64,000 nt of DNA, from contig JBEWZL010000126.1 in assembly GCA_045837725.1 (NCBI GenBank), positions 248,001 through 312,000 of the forward strand, given 5' to 3'. The position numbers and the translations under genes are program-made. A model generated the notes under the pieces. The model did no database searches and was not told the origin of the DNA. It worked only from the letters and a program-made list of their open reading frames with translations. Shown here one piece after another: positions 13,124 through 24,814 of this stretch; position 1 is the first letter of the stretch; the number at the start of each line of letters is the position of its first letter. This DNA is from Vermamoeba vermiformis (lineage: Eukaryota).

Positions 13124-14334
13124 ATGCCCATTTATACTTCCAGCAGCGTCATCATCGTGCAACAACCACATAATTCAAGATCGACCGTTACACGCATTTA
13201 CGGCAGTTCTCCCAAGGACCGAAGTACCAACCAATTCCTCTACTCCACGTCGCCTGTCGAAGACGGGTTCTTCAACGACGACAGTGATAGCGACATGTCC
13301 TCTACCGAGGATTGCAGCGAGGATGAATTCGAACTCGCTGCCGCTGACTATGAATCAGACGATAACGAAGACTTCAACTTTAAAGATGACAGTGAAAGTG
13401 ACGCTGAAACTGTAAATAATGAATACCAGCCCCCAGCCACTTTCATTGAAGATATCGAATTTGCTGAGATCCCTTTCTGGTTCAACAATGAGGAAGAAGG
13501 TAAGCAAAAATCCTTATATTTTATTTGCTTTATCAACGATCCAAATTTATTAAATATTTTCTTGTTTTTATCGGTCTAACGGATTTTACTTTTTTTGTAG
13601 ATCAAATCAAGACCATTCTCCAGCAGTATGATTCAAAGTGTGGCTTACAAGAACGACGTAAAAATATTATTCGAGCACCGCCACCATTCGTTGGGCGGGT
13701 TACTAGAACCCAAGTTCGTAACCCTGAATTCGCAACGCTGGATAAGGTAGAAATTTACCTGCTGGACGTTTTACCGCAATGGAGTCCTCTCAACTGCACC
13801 GAAAAGCAATATTTCCTCACTACTTGGGACAAAGAGAGCGGCTTGCCCGCTTATTCTACTCCATTGACGGACAAGGACAAGATTAGATTTTGGCGCGATA
13901 GATCCAGCACCGACTCAGTCTCCTATCTATATTCTAATCCAGGTAAGATTTAGATACGTTCAAATATCATATACAGCGAGCTTTTAAGAGACAATATCTT
14001 GGGCGAATCAATTCACAAACGGTTGGTTAGCTTAAAATCGTACTTTTTTGGGGAGGCACGCCCTTTTATTATTTTTGATTCTTTTTAAGTTAATTATTAA
14101 CGCTCGCGTCTTCGTATCAAATTGGCAATTAACTACTGTGTTGAGCATGTTCTAATCGTATTCTTTGTAGTGTATCAATCAGCTGGTGACTTCCGCTACC
14201 ACGTCTCTAGCCAAAAGGAGGACGTCACGTTCTCTACCATGCCCTTCATCTTTAGCAAGTACGTGCCGACCTCACCGCGAAAGAAAGTCGCAGAAGACGG
14301 GGCTGACCTTCTGGACGACCCATTGAACGACTAG
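13124..14334 (+). CDS. Hypothetical protein with acidic N-terminal half, 3 exons
   Basis: Introns 13500-13600 and 13943-14170 are GT-AG and keep the frame. The frame is open upstream to ~12956, so the true start may be ~12964. No family recognised. Confidence 0.55.
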
Positions 14335-14601
14335 TCGTTCCGTGGGTGACTTTGCGAGTTATTTATTATTTATTCAAGTGCCAGATATGGGCCACGAATT
14401 AGAAGTAGCTGCTGGGCGAATGGATTTATGTCTGCGACCCTTAGATCACATTGTAAATATTTTTTGTGGTGGTCAAGGGTTCCGGCAAGATCCCGTCCGG
14501 CGCCGTTTTTGGACGGCAGAAAATTGATCAATTTTTATTTTTGAAAGAAAATAAAGTTGTTGTATTTTTAGTGTAGTAATCAACGCGTCTCTTATTTAAA
14601 A

Positions 14602-15141
14602 ATGAAGAACTTAAAGAGGAAAGCGTCTAATCTGCTGCCGAAACAAAAGAAAGCAAAGTTTGGCCTCATGGCTGGTCTCCTTCTTGCATTGCTGATAGAC
14701 TTTATTGGAATGAGTACTTACGCATTACCTGTCATTGGCGAAGCATTTGATACCGTGTGGGCTCCTATCAGGTAATTTCAATTTCGGATCTGGCTTTCAC
14801 AAAATTCCAAAAAATCAGTAATCACAGTGTGCAATTGTGGTTCAATTTAGTATCAAGATAAATACGTTAGATTGGAATTTAACTTTTTTGAATATTCAAT
14901 CAATTTAGTATCGGCAATCACTGACGACATTAATAGTGCGTATTTGATCTATTGGCTGTACGGTAGCCCTATTTTTGCTGTATTGGGAGGAATAGAAGAA
15001 ATACTGCCGATGACGGACATAATCCCAACTGCCACAATGGGTAAGCGACCTACTGCTGCCTGTCACTTGAACCCTTTGATATAATTACTAATATGACGTT
15101 ATTTAGCGTTTTTGACGCAGGCTTTCTTTAATCGAAGGTGA
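14602..15141 (+). CDS. Small conserved hypothetical membrane protein, 3 exons
   Basis: Spliced product: MKNLKRKASNLLPKQKKAKFGLMAGLLLALLIDFIGMSTYALPVIGEAFDTVWAPIS/AYLIYWLYGSPIFAVLGGIEEILPMTDIIPTATM/AFLTQAFFNRR. Confidence 0.75.
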
Positions 15142-15370
15142 AGGGTGCGCGGAGATTCTATAATAATTTTATTTCCTATCTGCACGACCAGAGAAGAGGG
15201 TTTTTTTTGGGGTTTTCCAGAGAAGAGCTTTCACTCGAAGAAGCATTATTATTTTTGTAGTTTACATTAGAACAATAGTAAAGGTAACTATCTTCTGGCT
15301 TTCTCGCGTAGATCGTGTCACTTTAAATACCTTTACTCAACCTTCAGACAGAAAATCAAATAATAGAAAT

Positions 15371-16747
15371 ATGGATAACAATTACAATACGAAGTAAGTA
15401 GGGATCAATTTAAAGCAAAAATAAATATTGATTTAGCTAAATTAAAAGGATCAATCTTGCCCAAGTCGTGCTGGGCGACGAAAAGGAAATTGAACGATTG
15501 TTACAATTATTATCTGTTCGTGGTTGGTGCTTTGTTGAGTTTGAAGAGGAATTCAACAAAAAGTACGAAAGCTTATTCAATGCCGCGAGTTCGTTCTTGT
15601 CAGGCCCAGAGCAGCATCGACAACGCTTTATCTACCAAAGAAACTTTGGTACGAATGGTATTAAAATTCATATCGCGGGCGCTAATATTATTTAAAGGCT
15701 ATATAACAACACCAGCGAAGCAGCATGGCTTTCGTGTCCTGACGGGTAAACGTCTTGAAGAGCTCCCGATCCCTCCGATGATATTCGTTCAATTACGCAT
15801 GCTAGCTGTAGCAATCGACACCTACTCCAAGAAGGTTAGTACGAAAAGTCAATATGACATTTGTTAACTCGTCTATAGTTGTATGAAGTCGCGGCTCCGA
15901 AGCTATTTGCACAGAATCAAACGTACAAACAAGAAGTGCTAAAGAAGATACCACTCATGGAACCACTCGTATATGGCGGACCTAGGACGGAATATGGTAT
16001 GCTTGATATCATGCAGTATTTCGTGCCTTCAGCAGTGAACGGAGAAGAGGCCTCGAATACATCGGTAGCTGAACACGGGGACCCGGGATTATTCTCATTT
16101 AGTTTCAAGTCTGATCAACCTGGATTGAGCATGCTGGACCCTGTTTCGAATACTTGGGTGCCAGTCCCTCCAGAGGTAAGTTGCGTGCGATTGGATCTCG
16201 ACCGATTCCAAGCATCGTCTTATGCTAACTTATTACCAAAGAGCTCGGTTATGTGGTGCGGATCTGCAGCAGAAGAAATATCAAAGGGTTTATTGAAAGT
16301 TGGCTGGCATCGTGTCGAGAAAACATTCACTAAACCTCGTCTAACGATGTGGTATGAAGTTTGTACTTACGAACAAGTGCCCGAGAAGTTTCTTCAAAAT
16401 GACATTAAACCTAGTGCAGAAGTAAGTTTTGAGATGATTTTCTTGATTTCCGATTCGAGTTCGTTAATACATTCGCCGATCAGGAAGTCGTTCATCAAAC
16501 GGTTGAAAGGTATCCTGTGGTAAAAGTGAAGACATTGACTGGCAAATTGCTCGAATTCAATTCAGTTCTACATTCGAACAGCACGATAGAGGATCTGCAG
16601 GTGCTAATCCAAGACAAGGAAGGAATTCCTCCGAGCAAACAACGTTTAATGTCCATGGGAAGAACTCTCGTTAGTGACCGTACATTTGGATTCTATGGTT
16701 ATGAATCAGGCCAAGCGATTTATCTCGTATTGTCTCTTCGAGGATGA
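15371..16747 (+). CDS. IPNS-like 2OG-Fe(II) dioxygenase fused to a C-terminal ubiquitin-like domain
   Basis: Motifs RGWCFV, HGDPGLFS (HxD), WHRV (distal His) and RLTM. The last intron (~16422-16483) joins in frame to VKVKTLTGK...IQDKEGIPPSKQRL...YLVLSLRG*. Confidence 0.82.
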
Positions 16748-16980
16748 TCTGGTACATTTTGAACATAAATTATTATTATGAATGCAAGCCCTGACTTGTT
16801 GAGCCTAGGCTTTTTTGTTTATATTGGTTACCCAAAATATACCAGCGGAAGGAAATTACGGACCCTGGGAAATCGTACACACGGAGAAAAATTAATCGCC
16901 TGAGGTAATCCGACGGAGTTTTTTAAACGAGGCACAACGAAATCTTTCAGAATGAGTTAAAAGTTATAATTAAGAGCACA

Positions 16981-17757
16981 ATGAAGAAGATACAATCGGC
17001 AGCGGAGCGAGAATAACACACTATTCAGCTCTTGACGGATGCTTTCAAAACAGATCCAGTGACATGCTATATGTCTACTTCAGATACCTCACGAAGTGCA
17101 TTTTTCAATATCACTGTAAAGCATTTGGCAGAATTTACGTATCTATTGGACGGCAAAGCCGCCGCAATCTGGTATAAAAGCGGTGAAGCTAACAAGAGGA
17201 GCTTTTGGCAGTATCTTAAATCACCCATTAGTTTTGGTCAAATGTTATACCACGCTTCAATGGTCAAATTAAAAGAATTAACACAAGTAAGTGATAATTT
17301 TTTTTACCCGACCACGAGAAATATTATTTATAATTAGCCGCAGAGGTTCTACGTCATGAAAGCGGCTAAAATATGTTTTTACAGGTTATGGATAACGTAG
17401 AAAAAATTAACAAGAAAAAACTCGAAGGAGTAGCCCGCTATTATTACATCTACTTTCTCGGCGTCGATCCGAATCATCAAGGTAAAAATTAATGACATAA
17501 ATGCTTCGATTGGAGTTTTTGCTCATACGTGTAACTAATTTTACGATTTAGGCCAGAAACTAGGGTCTAGAATGCTCGAAGAAATCACTACAAAAGCGGA
17601 TCAAGAAAATTTACCAGTGCTAATTGAGGCTTCATCCGAGCGAAGCCGTAAACTATACCTATCATTCGGCTTCGAAGAATTTAATTGCATCGCCATGAAA
17701 GGAGACCCAAGTGTCAAAGTGTGGTTGATGCTTCGACCTGCACAAGGAGCCAAGTAA
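16981..17757 (+). pseudogene. GNAT N-acetyltransferase paralog with an early in-frame TAA (or a consensus error)
   Basis: Translation MKKIQSAAERE*HTIQLLTDAF..YYYIYFLGVDPNHQG|QKLGSRML..LPVLIEASSERSRKLYLSFGF, with TAA at 17014-17016. Collinear with the intact paralog at 26479. Confidence 0.7.
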
Positions 17758-18133
17758 AAATATTTTACGGAGAGCTATACTAATATGATTAACAGCTTAG
17801 TTTAAATCGCAAAATTGCATATATTCAATGAAAACATTCTCGCTGTATTCCACAGAATGCGAGCATTGGCTTTGTCGTAGGCGTATTCAGCGAACTTGGC
17901 AATGAAAAATATGAACTTGCCACGTGCACAGATTGATGATCTATCCAGACCGCGAGTAGGAGAGTGTCCAGGAGGTCGCCCGAAGACATCGTCCGGCCCT
18001 CGCTCACTGTCACTGGATTGTGCACCCTTTCTACGCTATCAAAATGAATACACAAGCTCTAATGAAGCAAGAGCTTTGGTGGTCTCGGTCATTCCAGTTA
18101 ACCAAAATGATTTTATTTACTTCAACTTACGAG

Positions 18134-21100
18134 TTACTCAAATTTTTCGTTCACCATCAATGGTGGATCTTCAATAGGTTTGATACTTGCTTCGTTTCTT
18201 GTGTCGTTTCTCAATTGAGTGGAAAACATGATGAGCGAGTTCTGACACCAACAGCGTCACCTCATACAAACCAAGAATCGCCAAAAGTGCTGCAAAGAAT
18301 GCTCCAACTCCTCCAAACTAACATGAACAAGTATTAATCACAAACAAAAGCAATGAAGATCAGTCGTTAATCCTTACTCTTCGTTGTTCAGATTCCAATC
18401 GCCAGTTGTTGTCCAGTTGAAGCATGAACTGAAATGAAAGGGGTTCATTTGTTTTGGCAAATGTTTCACTTGAATGACCCATGTTGTGGAGTTTGGCTTC
18501 ATCACTGACAAATGACATGTAGCCATGACGATTGAACTCTTCATTTGCAAGTTCTGTCTCTCTCACAACCACTGTCATTGTGATGGGAATCAGCAATAGT
18601 CCTTGACAAGAAATGTTAGCAAGAGTTAAAGTTAAGTTGATTGACATTACCTGTCAGTGCTTTGTTCTTGCCTGGCAACACAAGATATTTTGCTTTTGAT
18701 GGTTCAAAATTTGTTGAAGCATTGTTTTCACCACTGAATGATGTTGACACTTCAACTGTTGCAAAAGTGAAATAGCTGTCCAATGAAGTTGGTATTGTAA
18801 CGCCTGCTTCAGTGAAGCGTATTGGTCCATTCATTTGCATCTGTATATTGGCTGTGGCAGTGCTTTTGTTAAAGTGATCTGAAACTTAGGAAGGTACAGC
18901 CATCACCATACTGGTCATAGCAGTTTGTTATGGTTGGAGGGTCATCTAATGGGTATCTATTTGGAAACACAAATGACTGGAAGTTGTACATGACAACAGT
19001 GATGTTCACAGATAAATTGTCTTTGATAATGTTGGCCAGCTCTGATGCCTCTGATTGTGTATTGTAATCTTGAACTGATGCTGTTCGAGCTGAGTTTGCT
19101 GATGGTTCTGTTGCATTGTTGTCTTGACCAACTAAAAGTGGATGATAGTCACTCACATAACTGATTGTTGTGATCAATCCAACCAACAAGATGAATGCTG
19201 CAACAAGCATCAAATAGCCTCCAAACACTGACTCAACTTTCACTGCTTCAATTTTGGATCCTCCATTTGGTTTGGGCTTGACTTTGTATCTTGTTTTCTT
19301 GTGGATGTCAATCTTTGCAAGCCATTGATGAAGATTGATGCCAGCAAAGTACTGAACAAGCAATGAAAGCAACAAAGCTGACAAACAAGAGGTTATTAAA
19401 TTGTATTGAGAATGAGTAACAGAAACTTACCAGAAGTGATGGCAACCCAACCCCACAAAAGAGGAGATTTTGATGCAGCCAATGAAGATGCAAACATCAA
19501 CATGAGGAGAATCTCTTCAAAAGATGTTGATGTTGCTGAGATTGGAAAAGTCCACTTTGCTGGGCTCAGAGAGTCTTCTGAAATTACTTCTGGTGCAAAT
19601 GTTCCCAATGGACAGTATTCTTTGTCTTTGCATGGCAAGCAGTCAATGGAGCCTTCATGTGGTTGATAAGTGCCTTCAGGACACAGCAAGCATGAAGCAA
19701 AGCCATGTGATGGCTGGTAAGTGCCTGGTGGACAGTAGTTGGTTGGATCTCTGCCTCTATTGCCACACCAGAAGGTAATAAGTCTTTCACCACGGTGCAT
19801 GCTGCAAGAGTGATTGCCAGGAGCTGATGGAGCTGCAAGTGCTACTGTTCTTTGGGCATCATATATTTGGAACAAAAGGACATTGTGTCCCACTACAAAG
19901 TTCAACAATGCTAATGACAGACAAATGAGACAAGGCATCATTTAAAGTAGAGCATTGACTAACGTACCTTCAGTTCGCCCTTCTGTGATCTCTGGTTTGT
20001 ATTCAAGTCCTAATGACTTGCTTGGCACTGTGTTGTACACTTCAAGACGTTGAGTTGTGGCATTGAGTGTGCCAAGTATTACAACACCAGAAATTAATGC
20101 CACATCAATGCTGCCTGGAGAAGTGCAAAGTTGAGGTGGGAGTATGGACACGCGTTCAAGTATCTTTTAATCGTTAGCACTGGGTATTGTAAGGACACTG
20201 ATCATATAAACAAGTTTCATACGTACTATAAAGTCAGTAAAATTAAATACATGCAAGTTGCCAGCAGGATCTTCGAGAAGAATGTCTTTGTTCGATGCGT
20301 AGACCCAGTAGTCGTTGTACGTGTCAACTGCGGTAATCGCCCAAGCAGATGGCAGACTTCGCAATGTTGCAGTATGAGTTTTGTAGTTATAAATGAATTG
20401 ATTTGTGTAGTTGAACAAAAAGCTGATTTTCGTATCGGACATTGTCAGACCAACTCCCATTGTCTGGAGGTAGTTGGACGACCGACTCCTCCTGAAATAA
20501 AAAATGTATAAATCGCGTGAATAGTAGACTGTGATATATTATTCAAATTAATTAATATATTACCGCAGTTATGGTCCAATTGAAGGTCTGAAGGTCAACT
20601 TCGAACACGAGCAAGTGCGAACCATTAAAAAATACAAAATTTCTTCCAGAGGGTGATACTGCGATGTCCTGCCTAAAATAAATATTACGCTATTAATAAA
20701 ATTAATTTATTCCTGTAAATTAATAAAGCTTAATAAGTTAACTATTGTCTCTTACACGGCAGATCTTGTAACGTTGAGCGGAATTGTTATTTGATTGAGC
20801 TCTTCGGCAGAGCTGTTATGCAATGTGAATATGTTTATCGTCATGAAGTTATCTTGTGTGCTTGATAATGTTAAATAATAGTGATCACATGACACCACAT
20901 CCCACCAACCACTTTGTTCGTCTTGAATCTGATGTGTGAAGCTAATTGATAAATCCGCATTATATTCAACAATTTCTAAGTGTTGATTTATGCTTGCGTA
21001 GCTGTTCAGAAGTCGTTTTGAGCCAAATTCTGTTGCAGAGCGAGGTGCTGAAAGAAGCTGAGAGTAACACCCACTAAATAAGACAATCAGGCCTAAAATA

Positions 21101-21189
21101 CAGTTGTTATTTTGTGAATATTTTTCCGAGTTGTACTTTAAATATTTAGTTATCTTACCGATACACAACAACTTTAATCCGGATGGCAT
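18134..21189 (-). CDS. GCC2/GCC3 Cys-repeat membrane protein, copy B (inverted paralog of 1451-4468; apparent frameshifts)
   Basis: Exon-by-exon near identity with copy A, with shared introns. Frameshifts at ~18870-18890 and ~18180. Confidence 0.72.
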
Positions 21190-21657
21190 TACCGGCAAGC
21201 ATGCAAATAAATACCGTCACTTAATAAGTACAATGGTGGCTGAACGTTTCATTAGGAATAATTTTTTTTAATTAATTATTCGTTCAGGTAATGCGAGACT
21301 TCGGAGGCAAAGATCTGCCCGAAAAGAAAAGTGGCGTTTTCTGACCGAAGAAAAACCATATTTATCCGCCTTCGAATAGAAAAGCGCAACACAATTCCTC
21401 CAAGCTGGCAAACTTACTTTATTTTTTCGACCTTCAACCACCTGGTTGAAGTTACGATCAGGTAAGCAATCTGGTACGCTTCTATTCTCAGATTATTTTT
21501 TTATTTGCAGCGTTGATCTATATTTTTTTTGCGCCAATAGCCCCCCCCCCATTTTGATTTTTTTTAAATTCTTAATTTTTATTATTTAACTTGGTGCACC
21601 GTTTTAAGGCTACTGCAGCGTTTACTTGATATTAACGGTATTAATTTGTAGAATTAA

Positions 21658-24653
21658 ATGGAACGAAATATTCCTTGGCCGCCAGAAAAGATTCGAGCAG
21701 TCATTTCTCGATTACTACTCACAACAAGGGTGTTTGCTACTCTCATCGCTAGTTCCTGAAATTAATAGAGTTCACTTCGTTAGCACTTCAGGTCAATTCG
21801 CATCAGTAGTATTGCCCGCTTACGAGCTACATCCAGATCTCGGATCCGTTGTCGCAATTCAAAAATGCATTCACGTCAGTGGTGAATGCAACGAACTAAG
21901 GCAAATAGGTAAATTAACATATTTACACGATAAAAGAATAACGGATGAATTTTCTCTCGCCAAGCATTGACGGATCTGTCAGGAAATGACACGTTTCATC
22001 ATTCGTTCTTTGAAATGCTCAGCGTCTATTCAATGGGCCATAAATCGCTCGAACAAGAGATTGAGCGGACTTGGAAGTTATTGACTGAAGTTTATGGCCT
22101 TGAGAAAGATCGAATTTTTGTGACCCATTATGACAGCGATGAAGACGTGGATTTACTACCGAACACAGAGCCTCAAAAGATATGGAAACAATATTTGACC
22201 TGAAGATAGGGTCTTGGCGTAAGTAACTCAAACTTTATTTACGTTATACATTGAGAAATAGGTGACGTTCCGTCTACGGATCTGAAAGTTTTCGTTAGTT
22301 TAGGAAAGTACGATCATTTTTGGCGCACAAAGGCGATACGAACGTTAGTGGTCCTCGTATTGAAATTTATTACGATAGAAGTTGGCAGACGGAGGTGCGG
22401 ATAAAAATGAACAGCTCAAGATCTGCACTATAATTACGCTTCTACAACGTAGAAAGGCAAATGATAGTCTCGATTATGTTCCGACAATTTATACCGGAAC
22501 GTTTATTGGGTTAGAACGTTTGGCTGCTATTCTACAAAACAAAGGATCGAACTACGAAACAGATCTGTTCGATTTTATTATCCAGAAAATTCAAGAAGTA
22601 ACCAGCGCAGAGCCGTACAGAGGAAGACTGTTAAAAGAAGATATCGGATATAAAGACAAAGCGTATCGAATTATCGCGGATCACATCCGAACATTGGCTA
22701 TTGCAATCTCAAATGGAGTTACTCCGGGACCTATAAACGAAGGCTATATCTTAAGAAGGTTAATAAGACGCGCTATTTATTTTGGAAAAGATAAATTGAA
22801 CGCTCCAGACAACTTTATGGATCAACTCGTGGATGTGGTTGTGGATCTACTTGGAGCAGCGTTTCCGGAGCTCAAAACGAACCAATATGTTTGTGCACGA
22901 AAAAATTAATGCGGAGGAGAAAGCTTTTCAACGATGCTACAGCAAAGGAATTACCAAGTTTAGGCAGATCGTGCAAGACTTGAATCCAGGCGATGAAGTT
23001 CCAGTCAACGGAGTAGTCCAAATGTACCATACTTATGGCTTTGATGTTGAACTACAAGATGCTATGGCAGAAGAATTGAGATTGTACATTGACCCGAGGA
23101 AATTCATGCAATGCTTTAATTCTCCGGGCCCTGTCATTTTAAGACCTGAAGACGAACTAGCTTTGCCATTATTCGCTGAAGATATCAACATATTAATACA
23201 ACAAGGTGTTCCAAGAACAGACGATTCGTTCAAATATCAACTCGATGAAACAGCACAAGTCTGCGGCATTTGGACGAATCGATTTCTTTCGGAGAAATTT
23301 GACAGCCAAAACAAGCGATGCGGAATACTATTAGACCGCACAAATTTTTATTCAGGATCTGGCGGCCAGTTATATGATACAGGAACTATTAGTACCAAGT
23401 CGTTCAAATTTATCGTGGACGAAGTTCAATCGTACAATGATTATTTGCTTCATTTGGGCACTTTAGTATCAGGCCAAATCAACGTTGGTGATACTGTACA
23501 TTTGCACGTTGACAGCGATAGAAGATTGTCGATAATGAGCCATCAGACTTGCTCGCACTTACTCAGCTTTGCATTGCGTAAAGTCATGGGTGACCAATGT
23601 GAACTAAAAAGCGTGCAAATCTTGCCAAACAAATTTCGATTGGATTTCAACTCTGACAGGCCATTAACTGAACACGAATTGAACAAATTAGAAGAATTTG
23701 TGAACAAGATGATAGTAGAAGAATTGCCGATTGACGTAAAGTTTGTACCTCTGGACGTGGCCAAATCGATCAATGGAATTTGCGTCAAATTTGCAGGAAG
23801 ATTAACGAATGGTGTAGCACGAGTAGTGTCCTTTGGTGCGCAAATTGATCAAGTTTTGAAATCTCCTTTGGAGCCAAGGTGGCAAGATTTCGCAATTACA
23901 ATTGGCAACGGAACGAATTTTACAAACATGCGTCAAATTGAACATTTTGTGATTGTAGAAGAAGCTGGCATTGCAAGAGGCGAACGAAGAATTATTGGGC
24001 TTGCCGGCGAAGAGACTCACATCGGCTATTTCAATGGCAGAAAAACTCGAGGAACGATGCTGCGGTCTCGAGAAGATGGTCAAAGACAATTTGTTCGGAC
24101 AACTGAAACGGCAATTAGTGGAATTTATTGAAGAGCTGGAGAGTGCCGTAATATCTTACTATCGAAAAGTAGCGCTAAGATATAGAGCTTCAGTGCTTCA
24201 AAAGCTCACTCAAGGCGAGTATATTGAAAATCTCGAAGAGCAAAAACTGCGTGGTCAACGTTTGGTCAACGCGATCCAAAAGCGTTTCGAGAATTCTTCT
24301 GAGGAGTTCTTAGTAGTCATCGAACGACTTGACGAATGTATTCAAAAAGTTGCATGTGATACAGCGACCACTATAGTCAACGAGACTAAGCCCGATGACA
24401 AACCAAAAGCCGCGATGATTTTCACGGGAATGTGGCGAAGCCAAACAAACCTTCGATTATGATCTGTTGTGTCGTCAATTCATTAAGCATCGATAAGGGT
24501 TTATCAGCGAAGCAATGGGCTGCTGCAGTTGTTGCCGTTCTCGGTGGAAAAAGTGGCGGCAAGCCTGGCATGGCTCAAGGTCGCGTACACTTGCTCGACA
24601 AGCTTGATGAAGCGATGAAATTGGCTTTAGAATACGCCATGAAATATCTGTAG
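21658..24653 (+). pseudogene. Degenerate eukaryotic-type alanyl-tRNA synthetase paralog with multiple frameshifts and lost catalytic motifs
   Basis: Motifs WPPEKIR/QSFLDYY, QKCI, HHSFFEML, GLERLAAILQNKGSNYETDLF, AYRIIADHIRTL, GYILRRLIRRA, LDRTNFYSGSGGQLYDTG, EEAGIARGERRI and GGKSGGKPGMAQG. About 7 frameshifts. Confidence 0.85.
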
Positions 24654-24814
24654 GTGGTTGTAAATACATTGTAATTTAGAGGAGTCGTTCGATAAATATT
24701 TTCATTTTGGATACTCGCTCGTCTTCGTCTCTCCCATCGGTGATCTCATTTTTTTTCAACGTGGATTACTGGGAGAGTATCTAGATACGAATTTTATATT
24801 ACAGCATTGCATTA

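Noticed and set aside
17014-17016. In-frame TAA (and TGA at ~22201) as evidence of stop-codon reassignment
   Set aside because: Conserved genes here end in TAA, TAG and TGA at the expected positions, and the TGA is explained by a +1 frameshift.
1360-21270. Inverted arms as terminal inverted repeats of a large transposon or Polinton
   Set aside because: The arms are diverged intron-containing genes, and the interior holds housekeeping genes with no transposase, integrase, polymerase or capsid.
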